In this document: positions 1 through 9,644 of the stretch, piece by piece
How positions within the stretch are numbered: position 1 is the first letter of the stretch
How the letters are laid out: every line of letters begins with the position of its first letter
Origin: an uncultured Spirochaetota bacterium
GTDB lineage: Bacteria; Spirochaetota; Spirochaetia; SZUA-6; Fen-1364
Reading direction: 5' to 3'
DNA length: 64,000 bases
Assembly (NCBI GenBank): GCA_963820525.1
Contig: CAWGAA010000003.1
Location: 960,001 to 1,024,000 of the forward strand
Position numbers and translations under genes: made by a program
The notes under the pieces: generated by a model
Told to the model about the DNA's origin: nothing
Database searches by the model: none
Seen by the model: the letters and a program-made list of their open reading frames with translations, nothing else

Positions 1-135
1 GAGACGGGTACTCGGAGGTTCGAAAACAGATGCGGGGGCGCTATGCCCGGCATTATTGGCCGGAAGACCCCCTGGCTGCAGAGCCGACCTCGCGGGTCCG
101 GCCGAAGAAGAAAAAGTCTGGGGAGTGAGCGGCCT

Positions 136-516
136 TCAGGTGGCCTGGATCTGGACCGCCGGTCTTGGGATGCCGCAGCCCACGCACTTCTGGTCCCAGC
201 TCGTGTTTCGCACTCCGCACTGCGGGCACTGCCACTGCTGCTGCGCTACCGATGTGATGCCTTCCGGCATCTTGTCCGGGAGGCCTTTGACGCGAAGATA
301 CACAATAATGGCGGAAGCGATTGCACAGAGCAGCCCCACGACGTAGCCCGGAATGGGGTCTTCGAAGAGCATGATGCCGATGATGACGCCGACAACCTCG
401 GCACCGAACCAGAGCAGGACGGCCAGGGCGCGGTATCCACCGGGCTTGTAGCCCTTGTCCTGTACGATCTTGCCGATCTTCTTGGAAAAGAAAAGGAGCC
501 AGAAAATCTCCAGCAT
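136..516 (-). CDS. Small membrane protein with C-terminal RanBP2-type zinc finger
   Basis: Two hydrophobic segments, then WQCPQCGVRNTSWDQKCVGCGIPRP, which fits W-x-C-x2-C-x3-N-x6-C-x2-C. Confidence 0.7.
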   Translation of the reverse strand: MLEIFWLLFFSKKIGKIVQDKGYKPGGYRALAVLLWFGAEVVGVIIGIMLFEDPIPGYVVGLLCAIASAIIVYLRVKGLPDKMPEGITSVAQQQWQCPQCGVRNTSWDQKCVGCGIPRPAVQIQAT

Positions 517-661
517 GAAGCCTACCCCCTTTTCCGATGCAAAGAACTATAGCACCGAGGAAGACAGTCATCCGGGAGCCCGTTGAGATCGACGAACACT
601 CACGTGGCGTCAGGGCGGGCCACGCCATGCTTACGCAGGGGCGCATGATGCTGGCCGGCGG

Positions 662-684
662 GCGCCTGAAGGTGCGGCGGATAA
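662..684 (+). repeat. Left copy of 23-bp imperfect direct repeat (hairpin-forming)
   Basis: GCGCCTGAAGGTGCGGCGGATAA; 21/23 identical to 12071-12093. Confidence 0.6.
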
Positions 685-714
685 CAGGGGGCTTTTTTCA
701 TCCGAGATTTGCGC

Positions 715-772
715 TTGACAGGATTACAATGACCATATAATATCAGGTCATCATGTCATTATAATGTCATGA
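715..772 (+). promoter_or_regulatory. Sigma70-like promoter of the deoC operon with overlapping palindromic operator
   Basis: TTGACA at 715-720, TATAAT at 736-741 (TAATAT at 738-743 gives 17-nt spacing); near-perfect palindrome TCATGTCATTATAATGTCATGA at 751-772. Confidence 0.6.
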
Positions 773-818
773 TCTAGCTTGAACGCTTCCTTTCGATTTT
801 GGAAGCGGGCGGAGGACG

Positions 819-1508
819 GTGATGGAGTATGCGCCAAGAGATATAGCGAAAATGATCGATCATTCTCTCCTTCGTCCGAACCTGACTGTCCAGGACATTA
901 TCCATGGGTGCGAGATCTCCAGGAAGTACGACGTTGCGGCCGTCTGCTGCGCGCCTTCGGATGTCGGGATGGTCAAGAAACAGCTCGCCGGCAGCGACGT
1001 GAAGATCGCCGTGGTGGTCGGTTTTCCCCATGGGTATTGCACCACCGCCACCAAGGTCTTCGAGGCGGGGCAGGCCATCGCGGACGGCTGCCACGAGATC
1101 GACATGGTTCTGCATATCGGCAGGCTCTTGAGCGGCGATTACACGTACGTGAGATCCGACATCAAGGCGGTGGTCGATGCGGCTCACCCCCACGGTGTTC
1201 TCGTGAAGGTCATTCTCGAAAACGCCTACCTCACCAACGAGCAGAAGAGAGCCGGATGCGGACTTTGTGAGGAGGCGGGAGCGGACTTCGTGAAAACTTC
1301 GACGGGTTTCGCGAAAAGCGGGGCGACGATCGACGACCTGATTCTCATGAAGAACTCGGTATCCGCGAAGGTCCAGGTCAAAGCGGCCGGTGGGGTGAGA
1401 GACCTGGACACGGCACTCAAGGTCAGGGAAGTCGGGATAACGCGCTTCGGCGCGACCGCGACCGAAGCGATCATGGAAGAGGCATATCGTAGGAAGGGCA
1501 GGAAATGA
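819..1508 (+). CDS. deoC: Deoxyribose-phosphate aldolase (DeoC family)
   Basis: IDHSLL, VVGFPHG, EIDMV, KVILE, FVKTSTGF (Schiff-base Lys) and VKAAGGVR motifs; GGAGG SD; start at GTG 819 or ATG 822. Confidence 0.92.
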   Translation: MMEYAPRDIAKMIDHSLLRPNLTVQDIIHGCEISRKYDVAAVCCAPSDVGMVKKQLAGSDVKIAVVVGFPHGYCTTATKVFEAGQAIADGCHEIDMVLHIGRLLSGDYTYVRSDIKAVVDAAHPHGVLVKVILENAYLTNEQKRAGCGLCEEAGADFVKTSTGFAKSGATIDDLILMKNSVSAKVQVKAAGGVRDLDTALKVREVGITRFGATATEAIMEEAYRRKGRK

Positions 1509-1548
1509 GAAACGAGAGCTTAACTCTTGGAGGAGCAAGGAGAGAACT

Positions 1549-3669
1549 ATGAGCGAGACGAAGTATCCCAATCTGTTCAGCCCGATCCGTATCGGGAGCT
1601 TCGAGGTGGCGAACCGGGTCTGTCACGTCCCAACCGACATCTCCTCGGCGAACGCGGACGGATCGGTGAATCAGCGGGTCGTCACGTACCACGAGGAGGT
1701 CGCCAAGGGGGGCTGCGGTTTTATCATTGTCGGCGCCTCGACACCGGACAGGAAGAGCGGGCGCCCCACAGTGACCTGCATCGCCGTGGACGAGGATCCC
1801 CTGATCCCCGGCCTCGCCGAGCTTGCGGAGGGAATGCACCGCCACGGGGCAAAGTGCGCCGTGCAGATCCAGCATCCGGGGCGCCAGGCAGCCTGGCCTC
1901 GCAAGGACCTGATCTCCGCCACCGACATGGTGGTGGACATCCCGGGGTCGGCGGGCCACGAAGTGGTCTACGCCGAAGGCCAGGTTCACGGCAAATCCAT
2001 CCGCGCAATGAGCATTGAAGAAATCTACGACCTTATCGAGAAGTTCGCGGAAGGGGCGTGGCGGGTGCAGGAGGCCGGCTTCGACGCCGTGGAGCTTCAC
2101 GGGGCCCATGGGTATCTCATCGCCCAGTTCATGAGCCCCTACGTGAACAAAAGGCACGACCGTTTCGGCGGGAGCTTCATGGGGCGCATGCGCTTCCCCT
2201 TGGAAATCATCGCGGCCATCCATCACAAGTGCGGCTCCGCTTTCCCCGTGGGCATCCGGTATTCGGGGGAGGAATGGATCGAGGGAGGCCGCAAGCTCGA
2301 GGAAAGCGTGCGCGCGGCGAAGCTCTTCGAGGAGCACGGGGTGTCCTTCCTGGACATCAGCGCGGGCATCTTCGAAGTGCCCGGTCCCACCATGGACCCG
2401 ATGTACTATCCGCAGGGTTGGAACACCTACACCGCGGAGGAGATCAAGAAGCACGTGAAGGTTCCCGTGATCACCAGCCATACGCTGCGCGATCCAGACT
2501 ACTGCGAACGGATCCTCGCCGAGGGGAAAGCCGACATGATCGGGCTCTCCCGCCAGCTCATTGCTGACCCGTATTGGGCCAACAAGGCCAGGGCGGGAAA
2601 GAAGGAGGAGATCCGTAAATGCATTTCCTGCCTTGTCGGCTGCTGGCAGGAATCCCTCATGATCAAGCGCCATATGCGCTGCACCATCAATCCCGCAATC
2701 GGGGACGAGCGCTTCATCCATTTCGGTCCCGCGGCGAGCAAATACAACGTGGCCGTCGTGGGCGGAGGTCCGGCGGGACTGGAAGCCGCGCGGATCGCCA
2801 CCCTCAGGGGTCACACGGTCGCCGTGTTCGAGAAAAGCGGCGAGCTCGGTGGCGCGGTGCTCATGTGCTGCACCGTCCATGGGAAGAACAAGATGCGCTG
2901 GTACGCGGACTGGCTCCGCGAGCAGATCGCCAAGCTCGGCGTGGAGGTGAAGCTCAACAGCGTGCCGAAACCGGCGGAGCTCAAGAAGTACGACGCTGTG
3001 CTCGTTGCCGTGGGTGCCGCGGTAGCCAGACCCAAAGTCCCGGGCATCGACTCGGAGAGGGTCTGCACCTTCGAGGATATCCTTCGCTGCAAGATGAAGA
3101 GCTGCGAGTATTGGCCGGAGGGAGGCAAGGAGGCGCCTGTCGAGGTGGGGGACACGGTCCTTATCTGGGGCGATCACTTCGGTGCCGCTGATGCCGCCGA
3201 AAAACTGGCGGGCGACGGGAAGAAAGCCTCCATCGTCACAGAGAATCGCGAGTTCGCGGCCTGGATGGAGCCGTGCCACAGAGACGTGCTCGTGAAGCGC
3301 TTCAATGGCGGAAACGGAGAGGGGCTCACCAGCAAGACTTTCACCCATCCGGTGACCATCATCGCAAGCTCCTCCGTTCTCCAGATCGGGAAAGACGGAG
3401 AGGTGACGCTCGTGAACAACAAGTTCGAGCGCTCCATCCTCAAGGTGGACAACGTCGTGCTCGCCACCATGGTGGCGGATGACACGCTGTACCGCGCGTA
3501 TCGGGAGGCCGGGCTGGTCGTGACCAGGATCGGCGACGCCAAGAAAGTGCGTAATCTCCGCGGCGCCGTGACCGACGGTGCAAACATCGCCCTGACGCTG
3601 GACGGGGACCTGCAGGTCAACGCGAACGCGGAGATCATCGCGAATCTGCCCACGGGCATAAAACTTTGA
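1549..3669 (+). CDS. Old-yellow-enzyme family FMN/[4Fe-4S]/FAD oxidoreductase (2,4-dienoyl-CoA reductase/BaiCD-like architecture)
   Basis: YPNLFSPIRIG start, ELHGAHGYL, NKRHDRFGGS, CISCLVGC...C Fe-S motif, VVGGGPAGLEAA FAD-binding motif. Confidence 0.88.
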   Translation: MSETKYPNLFSPIRIGSFEVANRVCHVPTDISSANADGSVNQRVVTYHEEVAKGGCGFIIVGASTPDRKSGRPTVTCIAVDEDPLIPGLAELAEGMHRHGAKCAVQIQHPGRQAAWPRKDLISATDMVVDIPGSAGHEVVYAEGQVHGKSIRAMSIEEIYDLIEKFAEGAWRVQEAGFDAVELHGAHGYLIAQFMSPYVNKRHDRFGGSFMGRMRFPLEIIAAIHHKCGSAFPVGIRYSGEEWIEGGRKLEESVRAAKLFEEHGVSFLDISAGIFEVPGPTMDPMYYPQGWNTYTAEEIKKHVKVPVITSHTLRDPDYCERILAEGKADMIGLSRQLIADPYWANKARAGKKEEIRKCISCLVGCWQESLMIKRHMRCTINPAIGDERFIHFGPAASKYNVAVVGGGPAGLEAARIATLRGHTVAVFEKSGELGGAVLMCCTVHGKNKMRWYADWLREQIAKLGVEVKLNSVPKPAELKKYDAVLVAVGAAVARPKVPGIDSERVCTFEDILRCKMKSCEYWPEGGKEAPVEVGDTVLIWGDHFGAADAAEKLAGDGKKASIVTENREFAAWMEPCHRDVLVKRFNGGNGEGLTSKTFTHPVTIIASSSVLQIGKDGEVTLVNNKFERSILKVDNVVLATMVADDTLYRAYREAGLVVTRIGDAKKVRNLRGAVTDGANIALTLDGDLQVNANAEIIANLPTGIKL

Positions 3670-3800
3670 CGTCGGAATCGCACGGAAGGGAGGGAGAGAC
3701 CCCTTCCTTGCGAACGCACCCGGCGGAGGGGAAGGAGGTGATCGAAGGATTCATGGACGGTGAAAAGAAAAAAGTAAAAAAACCATTTCAAGGAGGCACT

Positions 3801-4847
3801 ATGATGAAGACGAAGGTCTTCAAGTTTCTCTGCGTTGCTACGGTACTGATGCTCGCATTCACTCTGTCTCTGAGCGCGGCGCCGAAAAAGCCGGTTGTCG
3901 GGATCACCACCGGCTCTTCGGGCACTTCCTGGCGAAACATCATGATCGCCGCGTTGGAAACCGTCGGTAAAGAGTACAAAACCGCGGGAAAGATCGCGGA
4001 CTACAAGATCGTGAACAACGTCACCAACGGGGACGCAACCGAGCAGGCGAATATAATTCGTGATTTCACATCCCAGGGCGTCAATATCATCCTGGTCAAC
4101 CCCAACTCCCCGGACGCGCTGAACGGCGTCATCAAGGAGGCGCAGGCCGCGGGTATTCTGGTCGTCTCCTTCGACGCCACCGTAACCGCTCCCAATGTCC
4201 TGAACGTCACCCTTGACCACTATGCCTGGAACCTGAAGAACGCCGAGTTCATCTGCTCGACGCTGAAAAGCGGTAACGCCATTCAGATATATGGCCTCGA
4301 TGGACATCCCGCAAACAACGACCGCATCAGGGCCACGGCGGATGTTCTCAAGAAATATCCCAACATCAAGTTGATCGCCAACACCACCGGGTATTGGGAC
4401 CAGACCAAGGCGAAGGAAGTCGCTTCGCAGATCATCGGCTCCGGCCAGAGGATCGACGCCGTGTTCACGCAGGACGGCGAGGCGTACGGCGTTCTCTCCG
4501 CATTCCTCGATGCCAACAAGCTGCCCAAGGTCATGTTCGGGGACCCGGGCACCGCTTTCTTCAAGGAGTGGAAGAAGCTTCGTGACGCGAAGGCCAACTT
4601 CAAGGCCTGCGCCCAGCCAAACCCTCCCGGTATCAGCGGAACCGCGTTCCGTATGGCTTTGGATCTGTACAACGACAAGGCGTTCAAGGCGGGGGTCTTG
4701 AAGAACAACACGTATTTCTACAAAGTTGGCATGTTCATAACCGACGCGAACTTCGACGAGGGCTGGGCCCTGTTGAAGGACAAACCGGACGACTACCTCC
4801 TGAGCGAGATCATGCCTCAGGATAAGGTGGACGCGCTGTTCAAGTAA
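3801..4847 (+). CDS. Sugar ABC transporter substrate-binding protein (class I, RbsB-like)
   Basis: AGGAGG SD before ATG 3801; signal peptide; GVNIILVNPNSPDALN and AGILVVSFD motifs. Confidence 0.88.
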   Translation: MMKTKVFKFLCVATVLMLAFTLSLSAAPKKPVVGITTGSSGTSWRNIMIAALETVGKEYKTAGKIADYKIVNNVTNGDATEQANIIRDFTSQGVNIILVNPNSPDALNGVIKEAQAAGILVVSFDATVTAPNVLNVTLDHYAWNLKNAEFICSTLKSGNAIQIYGLDGHPANNDRIRATADVLKKYPNIKLIANTTGYWDQTKAKEVASQIIGSGQRIDAVFTQDGEAYGVLSAFLDANKLPKVMFGDPGTAFFKEWKKLRDAKANFKACAQPNPPGISGTAFRMALDLYNDKAFKAGVLKNNTYFYKVGMFITDANFDEGWALLKDKPDDYLLSEIMPQDKVDALFK

Positions 4848-4887
4848 TGGCGGTCTCTGACCGGTTGGTCGGATCGAATCGGCATCC

Positions 4888-4921
4888 AGGAGGCAGGCGC
4901 GTCCTGCCTCCTATTCTCTTT
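4888..4921 (+). terminator. Intra-operon stem-loop after the SBP gene (partial terminator or mRNA stabiliser)
   Basis: Perfect 10-bp stem AGGAGGCAGG-cgcgt-CCTGCCTCCT followed by ATTCTCTTT. Confidence 0.55.
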
Positions 4922-4935
4922 ATCTCGATGGATGG

Positions 4936-6438
4936 GTGAGCGCGGTGAAGGTCCTGGAAGCAACGGGGATAAAGAAATGTTTCGGGGGAGTCGTGGCTCT
5001 CTCCAACGGAAACCTTGTCTGCCAGAGAGGCAGGATAACCGGTTTGCTGGGGGCCAACGGTTCGGGGAAAAGCACCATATCCAAGATAATCACCGGAGTG
5101 TACGCCGCGGATGCCGGAGAGATAAAGTACAACAGCAGACCCGTGCGATATCGCAATCCCTACGAGGCCAGGAAAGACGGGATCGCGATGGTTTATCAGA
5201 ACCTGAGCCTGGTGGCGGACCTCACCGTGTGGCAGAATATCGTGCTGGGGGCGGAAGAGCAGAAAGGCCTTTTTCTGAACAACACAAACGCGAAGAGGAT
5301 CGCGAAGGAGATCGTCGATCAGCTTCTTCCCGACCTGGATATGAGGAAAATGGTCACCGAGCTCAGCCCGGGGGAGATGCAGATTGTCGAGATCGCCAAA
5401 GCGATTTCGGCCGAGCCGAAGCTGCTCATCCTCGACGAGCCGACGTCGGCGCTTGAAAAAACCCAGGTGAAGAGCCTCTTCCGCTACCTGAGGCTGCTCG
5501 TGGAGAAGGGCGTCGCAATCAATTTCACCTCTCACAGGCTCTGGGAGGTGATGGAAATATGCGACGACGTCATCGTATTCAGGAACGGCGAAAATGTCGG
5601 GAACATCGACTTCGAGAAAGACGGCAGGGACCCGCAGAAGATCGTGAGCTTCATCACCGGGGACACTCCGAAGGTGAAGGTGAAGAATCATCGAAGGGCG
5701 CCGACCGCAGAGATCGTCTTGAGCATACACGGGCTGAGCTACGGGAAGTTCCTGAAGGACGTGTCGTTCGACTTGAAGAAAGGCGAGATCCTCGGCGTTG
5801 GGGGGCTCGCGGGGCAGGGTCAGCGCGAGCTCATGCTCGCCCTCGCGGGCTATTATCGCGGCGCGAGCGGAGGCGCGGAGCTGAAGGGCAGGAAGATCAA
5901 GCTCACCCGCCCCGCGAACGCGATCCGAAACAGCATGCTTCTGGTCCCCGGGGACAGGCAGCTCGAGGGCCTTTTCCTGAAGCTCTCCGTATTCATCAAT
6001 ATGATCTTCCCCAAGCTGGCCCTCCCGCGCCAGCCGGTTTTTACGCCGACCGGCAAATACCGCGCGGAATGCGAGCGCGTAATCGACATGCTCTCCATAA
6101 AGGCGGGGCACCTGGACGCGCCGGTGAGCACCCTGTCGGGCGGCAACCAGCAGAAGGTGGTCGTGGGAAAGTGGCTTTCGTTCGACACCGCCGTCCTTCT
6201 GCTCGCGGACCCCGCCAAGGGCGTCGATGTGGGGGCAAAGAGGGACTTGTACGAGTACATCGTGAATCAGGTGAAAGAAAAACGTATGAGCGTCGTGCTC
6301 TACGCGAGCGACAACGAAGAATTGATAGAATACTGCGACAGGCTCCTGATAATGTACGAGGGTCAGATCGTCTCCACCCTGGAAGGGGACGACATCAACG
6401 AAGACGCGATTGTCGCCACTTCGATGCGCGTGAGGTAG
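4936..6438 (+). CDS. Sugar ABC transporter ATP-binding protein (two NBDs, RbsA-like)
   Basis: GANGSGKS Walker A, LILDEPT Walker B, LSGGNQQKV signature in the second NBD. Confidence 0.92.
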   Translation: MSAVKVLEATGIKKCFGGVVALSNGNLVCQRGRITGLLGANGSGKSTISKIITGVYAADAGEIKYNSRPVRYRNPYEARKDGIAMVYQNLSLVADLTVWQNIVLGAEEQKGLFLNNTNAKRIAKEIVDQLLPDLDMRKMVTELSPGEMQIVEIAKAISAEPKLLILDEPTSALEKTQVKSLFRYLRLLVEKGVAINFTSHRLWEVMEICDDVIVFRNGENVGNIDFEKDGRDPQKIVSFITGDTPKVKVKNHRRAPTAEIVLSIHGLSYGKFLKDVSFDLKKGEILGVGGLAGQGQRELMLALAGYYRGASGGAELKGRKIKLTRPANAIRNSMLLVPGDRQLEGLFLKLSVFINMIFPKLALPRQPVFTPTGKYRAECERVIDMLSIKAGHLDAPVSTLSGGNQQKVVVGKWLSFDTAVLLLADPAKGVDVGAKRDLYEYIVNQVKEKRMSVVLYASDNEELIEYCDRLLIMYEGQIVSTLEGDDINEDAIVATSMRVR

Positions 6439-6453
6439 ACGGGTGGAAAGAGC

Positions 6454-7484
6454 ATGATTGGCAAGAATGTGCACGATTCAGCCGTTCGAAAGTTTATCGC
6501 AAGGCCGGAGTTCTCCAGTCTTCTCATCCTGGCGGTGATGTTCACGATCACCGCGGTCTTGCAGAAAAACTTCTTCGATCCCAGATCCATTGTGAGGAAC
6601 ATCAACGCTTTCACTCCGTTGATACTCCTCACGATGGCGCAAGCGGTGGTGATCCTGTCGGGCGCGATCGACCTTTCCTCGGGCCCGGCCCTTTCCCTTC
6701 TCACATGCGTTCTGACCACCGTCATGAAGAGGGACAACCCGGCGACCGGGCTTCTTGCGCTCGCCATGGCGCTCGCCGTGGCCGTCATGGTCGGCATCAT
6801 CAACGGCGTGGGAATCGGCTACCTGAGGATTCCTCCCGTTATCGTCACCTTCGCCACGTCCTTCGTATGGCTGGGCGCCGGGCTGTTCCTGCGGCCGACC
6901 CCCGGCGGGGAGGCGGTCGACTGGTTCAAGGGGTTCTACGACTTCGGCGCGATGGAGGGGGCGTCGCCGGCTCTGGCCGCGTTCGGCGGAGCTCTCCCCC
7001 CGCCTTGATCCTTGTTCTCATCGGATGCGTTTTCTGGCTCGTGATCAGCGGGACGAGGACGGGAAGGTACATCTACGCGGTCGGAAGCAACAACGAGAGC
7101 GCGTATGAGAGCGGAATCGATACCGCCAAGGTGCAGATGAAGGCCTGCATCGTGAGTTCGGTTTTCATATTCCTCGCGGCCCTGTTCTTCGTGGGTCAGA
7201 ACCAGTCCGGTGACGCAAGAATGGGGGATCCGCTCACGCTGCGGGCGATCGCGGCGGCGGTTGTCGGGGGGATCGCGCTCACCGGCGGACGGGGCAGCGT
7301 GTACTTCGCGCTCGTCGGTGCGCTGATCTTGAGCTTCGTGAACAAGATCATATTCTTCGCGAATATCCCCTACGCGTACCAGACGCTCGTCGGCGGAGTG
7401 ATCGTCATCATCGCCATCGCGAGCTCCCAGGGGTACACCCTGTACAGCAGAAAGGCCATGGCGGCGGAGAGCAGACTCTCATGA
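6454..7484 (+). CDS. Sugar ABC transporter permease (RbsC-like), split by a 1-nt frameshift
   Basis: The N-half (IDLSSG, IPPVIVT) ends at 7008. The C-half (TRTGRYIYAVGSN, AIAAAVVGG) is in another frame to 7484. One extra C in the C6 run at 6996-7001 joins them. Confidence 0.85.
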
Positions 7485-8464
7485 GAACCCCGATCGCAGG
7501 ACGCGCCGACGTGATAAGCGCGATATACGACAGGTACAAAAAGCTGATCATCGCTTTCCTGCTCATCATCTTCCTCTTCCTGCTCGGCCAGATAACGGTG
7601 TCGAATTTCCTGAGCCTCCCGCAGATCCTGCTCACGGTGAAACTGGCCTCTTTCATCGCGCTCTTCGGCCTGTGCCAGATGATCGTCATCGCGGGCGGAG
7701 GGAGCGGGCTGGACCTGTCCGTGGGCTACATCGCCACGATGACGGCGGTATTGACGGCGAGCATGATGGACGGGAAGAACGAAAACCTGTGGATCGCCGT
7801 AGCGGCCGCGCTCGGAATCGGGATCGCCGTGGGGTCCGTCAATGGCATGTTGACCTCCTATGTCAAGCTTCCCCCCCTTGTCGTGACGCTCGCCATGTCG
7901 CAGATCCTCCAGGGCGGAATCAACGTATACACGGCGGGCAGAAACATCACGGGGAAGCCTTCCCCGGTCCTGCAGCTTTTAGCCGCGAAATCCACCGGGA
8001 TCTTTCCCAATATCCTCTCCGTGCTGGTTGTGGTCACCCCAATCGTCATGATCCTGTTGTACAAGACGAAATGGGGGTTGATGCTGTTCGGCGCCGGGAC
8101 AAATGAAACGGCCGCGTACCTGAGCGGAGTCAGGGTGAAGCTGGTGCGCTGCGTTTCCTTCATCATCAGCGGGGTGATGGCGAGCCTCATCGGATTGCTG
8201 CTCATCGGCAACATGGGGATCGCGTTCAAGGACATGGGCTCCAACTACGTCATGCCGAGCATCGCGGCGGCGGTCGTCGGCGGGGTGTCGCTTACCGGGG
8301 GGGACGGCAACTACCTGGGAGTGATCCTGGGCGCCATTTTCCTGCAGACCCTCACCAATCTGCTCGTGGCGCTGGGCTGGGGAGACGCGGGGAAATGGAT
8401 GGGATTCGGGATCGTCCTGTTCATTCTGCTCATCGTGTACGTGAGCAATAGGCGAAGCAGATAG
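7481..8464 (+). CDS. Sugar ABC transporter permease (RbsC-like)
   Basis: GLDLSVG, LPPLVVTL, AGTNETAAYLSGV and SIAAAVVGG motifs; ATGA overlap with the previous gene. Confidence 0.92.
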   Translation: MRTPIAGRADVISAIYDRYKKLIIAFLLIIFLFLLGQITVSNFLSLPQILLTVKLASFIALFGLCQMIVIAGGGSGLDLSVGYIATMTAVLTASMMDGKNENLWIAVAAALGIGIAVGSVNGMLTSYVKLPPLVVTLAMSQILQGGINVYTAGRNITGKPSPVLQLLAAKSTGIFPNILSVLVVVTPIVMILLYKTKWGLMLFGAGTNETAAYLSGVRVKLVRCVSFIISGVMASLIGLLLIGNMGIAFKDMGSNYVMPSIAAAVVGGVSLTGGDGNYLGVILGAIFLQTLTNLLVALGWGDAGKWMGFGIVLFILLIVYVSNRRSR

Positions 8465-8480
8465 GAGGAGGGAGAAAGAG

Positions 8481-9626
8481 ATGCGAAAGATATCCGTCGG
8501 CGTCATCGGGACCGGCTTCATCGGACCCGCGCACATCGAGGCGCTGAGAAGGCTTCCCCGCATCGAGGTGACGGCCTTGGCGGACGTGGACGAGCCCACC
8601 GCCCGAGCCAAGGCGGACAGCCTGGGCGTTCCCGACGCATACGGCGATTACCGGAAACTTCTCGCCCGGGACGACATTCAGTCCGTGCACATCTGCACCC
8701 CGAACCACCTTCACTTCCAGATGTCGAAGGACGCGCTGAACGCCGGAAAGCACGTGGTGTGCGAGAAACCGCTCGCGGTGGACGTGGGGCAGGCCGCCGA
8801 GCTCGTGGAGCTCGCGGCGAAGAAGGGGCTCGTAAACGCCGTGCACTTCAACATCCGCTATTACCCCCTGATGCGGCAGGTCAAGCTCATGGTGGAGAAA
8901 GGCGAAGTGGGCGACATCTTCTCGATCCACGGGTCCTACCTCCAGGACTGGCTGTACTACGACACTGACTACAACTGGCGCCTTGAGCCGAAGCTCTCCG
9001 GCAGGTCCCGCGCGGTAGCCGACATCGGTTCCCATTGGATGGACCTGATTGAGCACGTCTCGGGCCTGCGGATCACGGAGGTGATGGCGGATTTCGCGAC
9101 GTTCCACAAGACGAGGAAGAAACCCCTTGTGCCGGTTGAAACGTACACGGGCAAGATCCTCAAGCCCGAGGATTTCACCGACATCCGGGTCGACACCGAG
9201 GACTACGCCACCATCCTCTTCCATTTCACCGGCGGCGCCCATGGGGCCCTCACCGTCAGCCAGGTGTCCGCCGGCCGGAAGAACAGGATCTCCTTCGAGA
9301 TCGACGGCTCCCGGGAAGCGGTGGCCTGGCAGTCCGAGGCCCCCAACAGCATCTGGATAGGCAGGCGGGACGGGAACAACCAGCTCATGATGAAAGACCC
9401 GTCCCTGGTCTACCCCGAGGTGCGCAAGCTCATCAGCTTCCCCGGAGGCCACAACGAGGCTTTCCCCGACACCTCCAAGCAGATGTTCAAGGAGCTGTAC
9501 GAGCACATAGAGGGGGGGGCGAAGGGCCGACCGACCTTCCCGACATTCGAGGACGGTCTGAGGGAGCTCACATTGTGCGAGAAGATCCTCGCGAGCAAGG
9601 ACCAGGGTTCCTGGGTGCGCATCTGA
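8481..9626 (+). CDS. Gfo/Idh/MocA family NAD(P)-dependent oxidoreductase
   Basis: VIGTGFIG, ICTPNHLH, KHVVCEKP and DIGSHWMD motifs. Confidence 0.92.
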   Translation: MRKISVGVIGTGFIGPAHIEALRRLPRIEVTALADVDEPTARAKADSLGVPDAYGDYRKLLARDDIQSVHICTPNHLHFQMSKDALNAGKHVVCEKPLAVDVGQAAELVELAAKKGLVNAVHFNIRYYPLMRQVKLMVEKGEVGDIFSIHGSYLQDWLYYDTDYNWRLEPKLSGRSRAVADIGSHWMDLIEHVSGLRITEVMADFATFHKTRKKPLVPVETYTGKILKPEDFTDIRVDTEDYATILFHFTGGAHGALTVSQVSAGRKNRISFEIDGSREAVAWQSEAPNSIWIGRRDGNNQLMMKDPSLVYPEVRKLISFPGGHNEAFPDTSKQMFKELYEHIEGGAKGRPTFPTFEDGLRELTLCEKILASKDQGSWVRI

Positions 9627-9644
9627 CAGGAAGGGAGTGAGATC

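Noticed and set aside
3670..3800. Alternative CCCTTCC/GGAAGGG pairings and an A-rich tract between the OYE and SBP genes
   Set aside because: No recognisable riboswitch core and no U-tract terminator; purine-rich complementarity could be chance.
1471..6474. Long antisense ORFs (for example 1471-3348, 4840-6474, 19137-20927, 30734-32509, 40772-42370)
   Set aside because: Shadows of real genes in high-GC DNA, with no motifs and atypical composition.
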